This document shows, in pieces, positions 57,441 to 64,000 of a stretch of DNA of 64,000 nucleotides (position 1 is its first letter; each line of letters opens with the position of its first letter). The stretch is from Mytilus trossulus (taxonomy: Eukaryota). The stretch is from positions 72,664,001 to 72,728,000 of the forward strand of contig NC_086375.1 of NCBI RefSeq assembly GCF_036588685.1. Direction: 5' to 3'. A program made the position numbers and the translations under genes. The notes under the pieces are model-generated. The model was not told the DNA's origin, made no database searches, and saw only the letters and a list, made by a program, of their open reading frames with translations.

Positions 57441-57725
57441 AATGAACTTTATTTTCTAAAAAAGACGAAATGTTCATTCGTGTAATATGATAAGTAGTTC
57501 GGTCTCTCGACCATTTTTCCAAATTGATCGTTTATAAATATACGTTTAAAGCAAACAGTTTACGATGATAATGAAAAAATACATTTTGTGTTACAAATTT
57601 TAATCAACAACTATATTTAATTTACACAGTCAACAAACATCAAGAGTGGAAATCACTTTCAATATGAAATGTATTATTCTGGCTTTGCATGATTATGTTT
57701 TCCAATAAGCCAATTCAGAATCTGT

Positions 57726-58417
57726 TCAACCGTTTCTTGGATTCCTTTCATTGTCTGCATCTATTGCTCCCCTAGGCTTTATTTTCATTTCAACACGTTT
57801 CAAAGAATATGCAAACCTGCGATTCCAGTGGTACCAAATGATGCCACGTACGATTCCATCGGCCGATATTGGAATAGGACCACCATCGACATAAAGTCCA
57901 TTCAATGCTGAGTATCCACAATCTCTATACCACCATCCGGACAGGTCCTTCTGGGCACAGTGGGCAAACCAGTGATCGTTATCACGATCGTAAGTACTAA
58001 ACTGCATCCCACTCTGATATGTAAGCGAATCTCCCGCTGTTCCTCCCTCAAACCCCGATACGGATAAACGATAGAAGTCCGTCTCTGGTGCCACACGAAA
58101 TGTCGTCCACTGTGAGTAGGCATCACGTCCATCCCAATCCCACATATCAATACGCAGTGTGTAGTTAGATGTATATGTTAGCTGGTGGATTATTTCATTG
58201 CCTAGCCAGTATTCGCCGTTAGGGTTTCCAAATCCACCAGCATATAAATTCCATGTTCGAGTAAAGTTTGTACTTCCGTCCATACGACGCTGAATAACAG
58301 TCCATCCACCATTTGATGTTTCTAAATCACAATACAAGTTTAAAATGCGGTCATCTTGGAGTTTGATGGGATATACTCCGCTTCTTGTTATTCCATTTAA
58401 AGACAGTTCGCTACAGT
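57726..58417 (-). CDS. FREP last exon encoding the entire fibrinogen C-terminal domain
   Basis: tttacag acceptor; DCSEL... to TGA. Confidence 0.93.
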
Positions 58418-61400
58418 CTGTAAACATAATATATTTTTTAATTTATTTATTTTGTAAACCAATTTCCTTTTTACATTAATCTATAGTAATGCATTACTTT
58501 ATTTTCTTTATTCATATATTTTTTTTTAACTATTTTTTTTTGGTTGGGGAGGGTTACTAAATCGGTATTAAAACGACTGACGGTACTTGTGGTACACATT
58601 GCTTAGTCTTTAGATTTCTATGGTGTGTCTTGTGTACTTTTGTTTGTCTGTTTGCCTTTTTATTTTTTAGTCATGGAATTGTCAGTTTATTTTCAATCTA
58701 TAAGTTTGACTGTCCCTCTGGTATCTTTCGTCTCTCTGTTAATGATATTAACAGGTTATACATGTACATTATAAGCCTATATATTTTAAGTCGTGTTTTA
58801 ATGAACAGCTTTGAGATTTAATGTACTTGTTTATGTTGCACTTTGAATAAACATAAATAAAGAGTAGTGGACTTTCAATCTTCTTTTTTAAGAAATACAT
58901 TTATATACATATATCAGATAAAGTTGCACTAGCTGTCAAATTCATATTCACCGGTTTGACTCAAATTCTCATATTTCAATTACAAAAAATGTACAACAAT
59001 ATTTAACATTTGTCCACATTATAAAAAGTATAAAATACACGATTTACAGGGCATGAACTCGAGACTAAGTAGCTTCGCTTCTTGTATATTTTAGTCTAGA
59101 CTCGATCTAAATAACTATCGAGTTGACCTCCGGAGACCTCATATGTTCATATAAGCGACATAAACATAAATATAGATATAAATAGAAACAAACTCGTGTA
59201 TTCGGATTGTTCTTAGGGCTGTTTGATTTCATATTATAGATAAAAAATATATGTAAATCACCGTTAAATTACCTGTATAAGAATGACATTTTGTGGATCG
59301 AATTAGTCAATCAAATGATTTACCCTTGTTTCACTTTTAATGTTGACATTCTTTTCCTTTAAATAACTCTACACGCACAATGCATGCATTATCAATCTCT
59401 AACTACAAGGGTTTAAATTGAAGTTCACATGAATACGGATCAAATTCAAATAATTTACTTGCAAGTGAATAATTTATCATCAATGTTTCTTATTCTAGTT
59501 TTAATTTTCTTATTGTCCATTGGTCTAATAAGCCATCCTTTCTGTAGATAATGTGTTTTCTTATGTTATTGTGTTTCAATCAATCTTATTTGTCAAAGTT
59601 GTACTTAAATATCGTTTTTCTCTTCTCAACAGTGAAAACGAAAATAAATATTATTATCTTGCAATGTGCATACCTCTTACAAGTGGGACATCACTCAAGG
59701 ATGACGTGTATTCTTTCTTTTGACGTAGTTTTGATGGTCGGGTCTTCTTTTCTTTCTTCATTATACGTTTTCGCAAGTCGTCTATTCTCCTTCAAAAGAA
59801 CAAAAGATGAAAACATGAACGAGTTTTAGGCAAATTTATATAGCCTTTAACAGAAATCATGACGAAAACACGAATACTCAAAGATTTAGACACAGAAAAA
59901 TTTCCATTGTAAAAAAGAAACAATGTTATTTCATGAGGGATCAAATCAAGTACTGGTGTGTTCGTATTTTTGTTTCATTTCTTTGTATTTGAGAACAAAT
60001 CAAAAGTCAGACACCAAATCTTTAAGGAAGATATAACACACAGTTTAGTTTGTGGTAGTAGACATAATCCTGGTAGGTTTTCTCGATTGTGACATCAGCA
60101 AATGCCACTTGTTAATAATGGAATTTGATGAGACTGTCATCAAAGTGAGAGGTTTATCGCTTTAAAACCAGGTTTAATCCACCATTTTCTTAATTTGAAA
60201 ATGCCTGCACCAAGTCAGGAATATGACAGTTCTTAATTGTCCATTCGTTTTTGATGTGTTTTCTCATTTGATTTTGCCATGTGATTATGGTCTTTCCGAT
60301 TATATTTTTCTCTGAGTTCAGTATTTTTGTGATTTTACTTTGTGTTACCGAAATATTCAGACCATGGGTTTGATGGGACTCATGTTGCTTGCTATGCACA
60401 TTCCATGCGATGAAAAAACACAGATATTTCTGCTATTGCCTGTATTGTTAATTTTTAAAAGACCTAAGCTATGTTCGATTGTGGCCTACAAGACTTATCC
60501 TCTTCACGGCATACCGAGTACGAAATTCAAAAATCCATTTTTGCTTTGTCTGCTTATCACTTGGGCGGTTACGTGTTATATCTTAAAATTCCGTTACAAG
60601 CTGCCAAATTCATGTTCACCGTTTGAATCCAACTCCCATGTTTGATTTATTTTAAACCATGTAAAACATTTATCAAAAGTATAAAAAGTATAAAATAAAC
60701 AATTTACAGGGCATGGGCTCGAAAATATGTAGCTTCATTTCGTGGGTATTTAAGTCTTGATGCCATCTAATTAACTATCGAGTTGACCTCCGAAGACCAC
60801 CGATGGTGTTTACCTGTATAAGTATGATTTTTTGGTGGATCGAATCAGTCAATCAAATGATTTACCTGTGTTTCACTTTCAATGTTGACATTCTTTTTCT
60901 TTGAATATTCGAACACGCATGCGTTATTAATCTCTATCTAAGGGGTTAAATTGAAGTTCACATGAATACGGATTCAATGAGGTCGAATTATTCACTTGCA
61001 AGTGAATAATTCACCATCAATGTTTCTTAGCTTAATTCGACAAAAGTAAAACCGTACTGGCTGCTAAAAGATATTATTATTTCACTTTCATTAATGATTG
61101 AACTTAAGATATTTTTTATATATCTCGTAGTTAGTGCCCCTTTAAGTTATTATCATATTCAAGCGTTAATAGTACTGCTGAAAAGACAGCTACTAGTATG
61201 TTGGAAAATACTTACCCAATCAAATCGGTGAGAAGTGCTTCTCTGGAAGTTTTATCAGCCTGCATATTTGTCTGCAGTTTTTCTAGAACCATACACTGGT
61301 GTTCATTTTGAAGTTCAAGAGATAGTGATCTGTACTGTGGTGTATGACATATACTGTTTGAAGAATGTTGTCCACTCGATTGAGATGGACCAAATGACAA

Positions 61401-62394
61401 ACATCCAATTGTAATCAACACAGTTAGTTCTATCTGTAAAAAATACAATTATACTTAACTTCATTCATCATGTTTCTATTACTTTTCAGAATTCTTCTTT
61501 ACATTGTTGAGTTACTGATTCATTGATGTAAATCTCATCCATTTCCAATGCAGATGGAATTTGCGGAAAACATTGATACTTATGATTACTTAAAAAAAGG
61601 TTTTAACACCGATTTAGACCACAACTCAAATTGGTATTTTGTTTTCGTTACAAAATTTATTAGAATAACATTCTTTATATAAGCCAGTTTGTTTCCACTT
61701 TGTAAACGGCTAAAAAAGATCAGTGATATGATTATTGTCTGTCCTTATTTTGGATCCTTATGCATGCAATCTTTTATTTCATTCTTTGTTGGATCTTGGA
61801 TGTGCATGTCACGGCTACGCATGTTTAACTTATAAAAAAAGAAATATCAAAATTCAAAAATATAACAAGGGAGCTATCAGAAAGAAGAATTTCGTTGATC
61901 GAGTAGGCCCATCAAAAAAGGTACGGATAAAACGATGATTCAAGATGGATTGTATTTCTAATCTTTGACAATAAACCAAAACAGACCTAGAAAATAGTCA
62001 TTACACTATTGTATGTTTTTGTCTATTTCTCGGGCCATATTCATATATATGTTTATATCAGGTCACATGACAGTCGGCTGCAGTATAACCTTGTTTATTT
62101 TTGTGGTTGGATGAATGCATATTCTCTTCAAAAGCTCATACAGTTTCACATTGAGGTGAAGGACACCCATGTATAGTGCCCGATTTGAATAATTGAGGCT
62201 CTGTCGATGATTTGTATGTCTTGAGTGGTGGGCTATCCTGCTTCAGTTCTACACAAGTCTTATTTAATGTGTTTGTTTTGTTTATTTTTTCTCCAACTCC
62301 AATCAAAATCTAAATAGAACAATGAATTCACAAACTTTTCTACAAGAAAATAAAGTTTGAATTGAACTGAAAAAGAAATAAAAGGTCTTACCAT
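57726..62394 (-). CDS. Secreted fibrinogen-related domain protein (FREP/angiopoietin-like), 4 coding exons, about 342 aa
   Basis: Exons 62392-62394 (ATG|gtaag), 61216-61433, 59674-59789, 57726-58417, with compatible phases. Signal peptide, short coiled coil, basic linker. FReD motifs GGWTVIQRRMDGS, GFGNPNGEYWLGNE, FSTYDRDND, GWWYRDC, SLKRVEMKIKP. Confidence 0.88.
58920..59492. mobile_element. Kolobok-like (TTAA) non-autonomous element, left part
   Basis: Starts aaagttgcactagctg; aligns with 60598-61030. Confidence 0.6.
59674..59789 (-). CDS. FREP exon 3 (RIDDLRKRIMKKEKK...DVPLVR)
   Basis: cttttgaag| ... G|gtatgc; phases link exons 2 and 4. Confidence 0.8.
60598..61145. mobile_element. Second copy of the same element, with right TIR and TTAA
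   Basis: Ends tagttagtgcccctttaa; shares aactatcgagttgacctccg and gaagttcacatgaatacgga with 58920-59492. Confidence 0.65.
61216..61433 (-). CDS. FREP exon 2 (signal peptide + coiled coil)
   Basis: ttttacag|ATAGAACTA ... GG|gtaagt. Confidence 0.82.
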
Positions 62395-63229
62395 TTTCAA
62401 TAAACGCAGCCACTTCCTCAACACATGATCATGTGCGTTTTGTTGTGAAAAGAATTACGGAGCGTAATAACATTAACTCTTTTTACAAATTATTGTTATG
62501 TGTCACTTATAACATCGCAGAAATCTTAAGTTTCGTTACTATAGAGCTGTTTAAACGCAATAAATGTAAGTATTTCTTTTCAATGGAGATTAGAGGAGGA
62601 TTGTAACAAAACAGATATTTTGTTATTTTGTGGACAAAAATTGAATAAAATAACCCTCATGAACCTCCACAAAACATAAAAGTAATGAACCTTTACGGTC
62701 ATTTGTAATTGAAATTACACGTGTTTCTAATTAAATATTTCACAAGGAAACCTAAATGATTGAAAATACTGGCTCCTTTTCATTTTCTTACAACAACACA
62801 GTAAGAAATCTTCAAACAAAATAACAAACGTCTGCTTCTGATACACAATAAATAACGTTCACACGGTAAAACAATGACTTTTTCTTCACTTATCATTTGT
62901 GTTAGGTATATATGTAAAAAAACAGTGCACATGCTGATATATTTCACATGTCTTTTTGGCTATGATGTAATATAAAACGGTTTACAAGGTATTGGTATAT
63001 ATAGAGAGTGACAACTTAAACACATGCTGTTGTTGTAATGTCGTATGGTTAAGAACGAGAACACATTAGATAAGTGAAAATATCTTTTTTTTTTACTAAA
63101 AATGGAAAACTGAGAGAAAGTAGGTTCATGCCTCAATCGCATGTGATTGATTTTACTCAATTTTAGCATGCATTATTTGGTTAGGTTTTGTAAAAGTAAA
63201 TCTTATCATACAAGCAGCCTTTCATCAAG

Positions 63230-63670
63230 TGTATAACTTTCGAAATGTTGTTGCGTTTTGTAAAGAGGCATAAGCTCATTTAGTTCTTTTTCCCGCTAAA
63301 AATTCAAAGCATGTACCGGTAACCTGCATGCAGCGTTTTCAAAATGTAAATTATATGCCATATTAGCAAACTAAGTGTTAATATATACTTGTCTGATAAA
63401 ATCTCATTTCTCATATCGTCATTGAGCAAATTTTCAATGAAAGCCTGATTCCAAAAGATAGACAAAAAATATAACAAAATATGTACTCTTTGTGAAAATG
63501 ATATAGAGGATGAGTCTCATTTTTTCAAGTTTTTCGAAAAATTTATATTGAGCCATATTATTGTAAAAAAACATCGATGTGCAAAATTATTCAAATAATG
63601 AGTACAAAAAATGTAAAAGAGCTGTATAACTTATGCAAATTTATATTAGATCTTTAAGCTTGGAACCAAA
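63230..63670 (+). mobile_element. Decayed LINE 3' end
   Basis: Encodes CTLCENDIEDESHF (degenerate CCHC-type ORF2 tail) in broken frames. Confidence 0.55.
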
Positions 63671-64000
63671 ATGTTAAAATATTGTTTATGTATTATAACA
63701 ACACCTTCTGCTATTCTGTCATATATATATATAATTGTGTTACAGCTGATTACATTGAGTGTGTGGGCAGTGGTATAGTATCTTTGGTTAGCTTACTTGA
63801 TAGGTGAACCGTGAAGTCATTAATATGTTAGGTAAACTACCTTCCTTCACAATAAGAGTAGACTATTCCGACAGATAACTTATCTATATGTCTGTATAAC
63901 TAGGCTACTTCGAAGGGAGGGTAGTATACCTTACCTTATGATGACTTCATGGTTCAGATAGCAAGCAAGCTAACCAAAGATATCACCTTTGCCTTCACTC

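Overview
AT-rich animal genomic DNA, probably a bivalve (Mytilus-like; inferred from C1qDC/FREP gene content and repeat architecture, not from a search). All identified genes are on the minus strand. (1) Three intronless secreted coiled-coil + C1q-domain genes at 1074-2018, 7296-8264 and 11325-12278; the last two are recent paralogs. (2) A complete 16-exon PP2A B56 delta/gamma-type regulatory subunit gene, 49960->19165, about 590 aa, assembled by hand from GT-AG exons. (3) A 4-exon secreted fibrinogen-related protein, 62394->57726, about 342 aa. The rest is HINE/Helentron-like elements, MITEs, a tRNA-derived SINE-like cassette, decayed Penelope-like and LINE RT fragments, and minisatellites. 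The most unusual signals are in the B56 gene: a 14-copy 51-bp array made of an exon end plus its 5' splice site; a duplicated 'poison' 3' splice site; a cluster of candidate microexons (27, 6, 15 nt in frame, plus frame-switching and stop-containing ones) just before the PKA-site-bearing last exon; an alternative 'MAT' first exon; an S->F change in the conserved DSEDPRER motif; and a long intronic hairpin. Exon calls are from sequence only and need RNA-seq.
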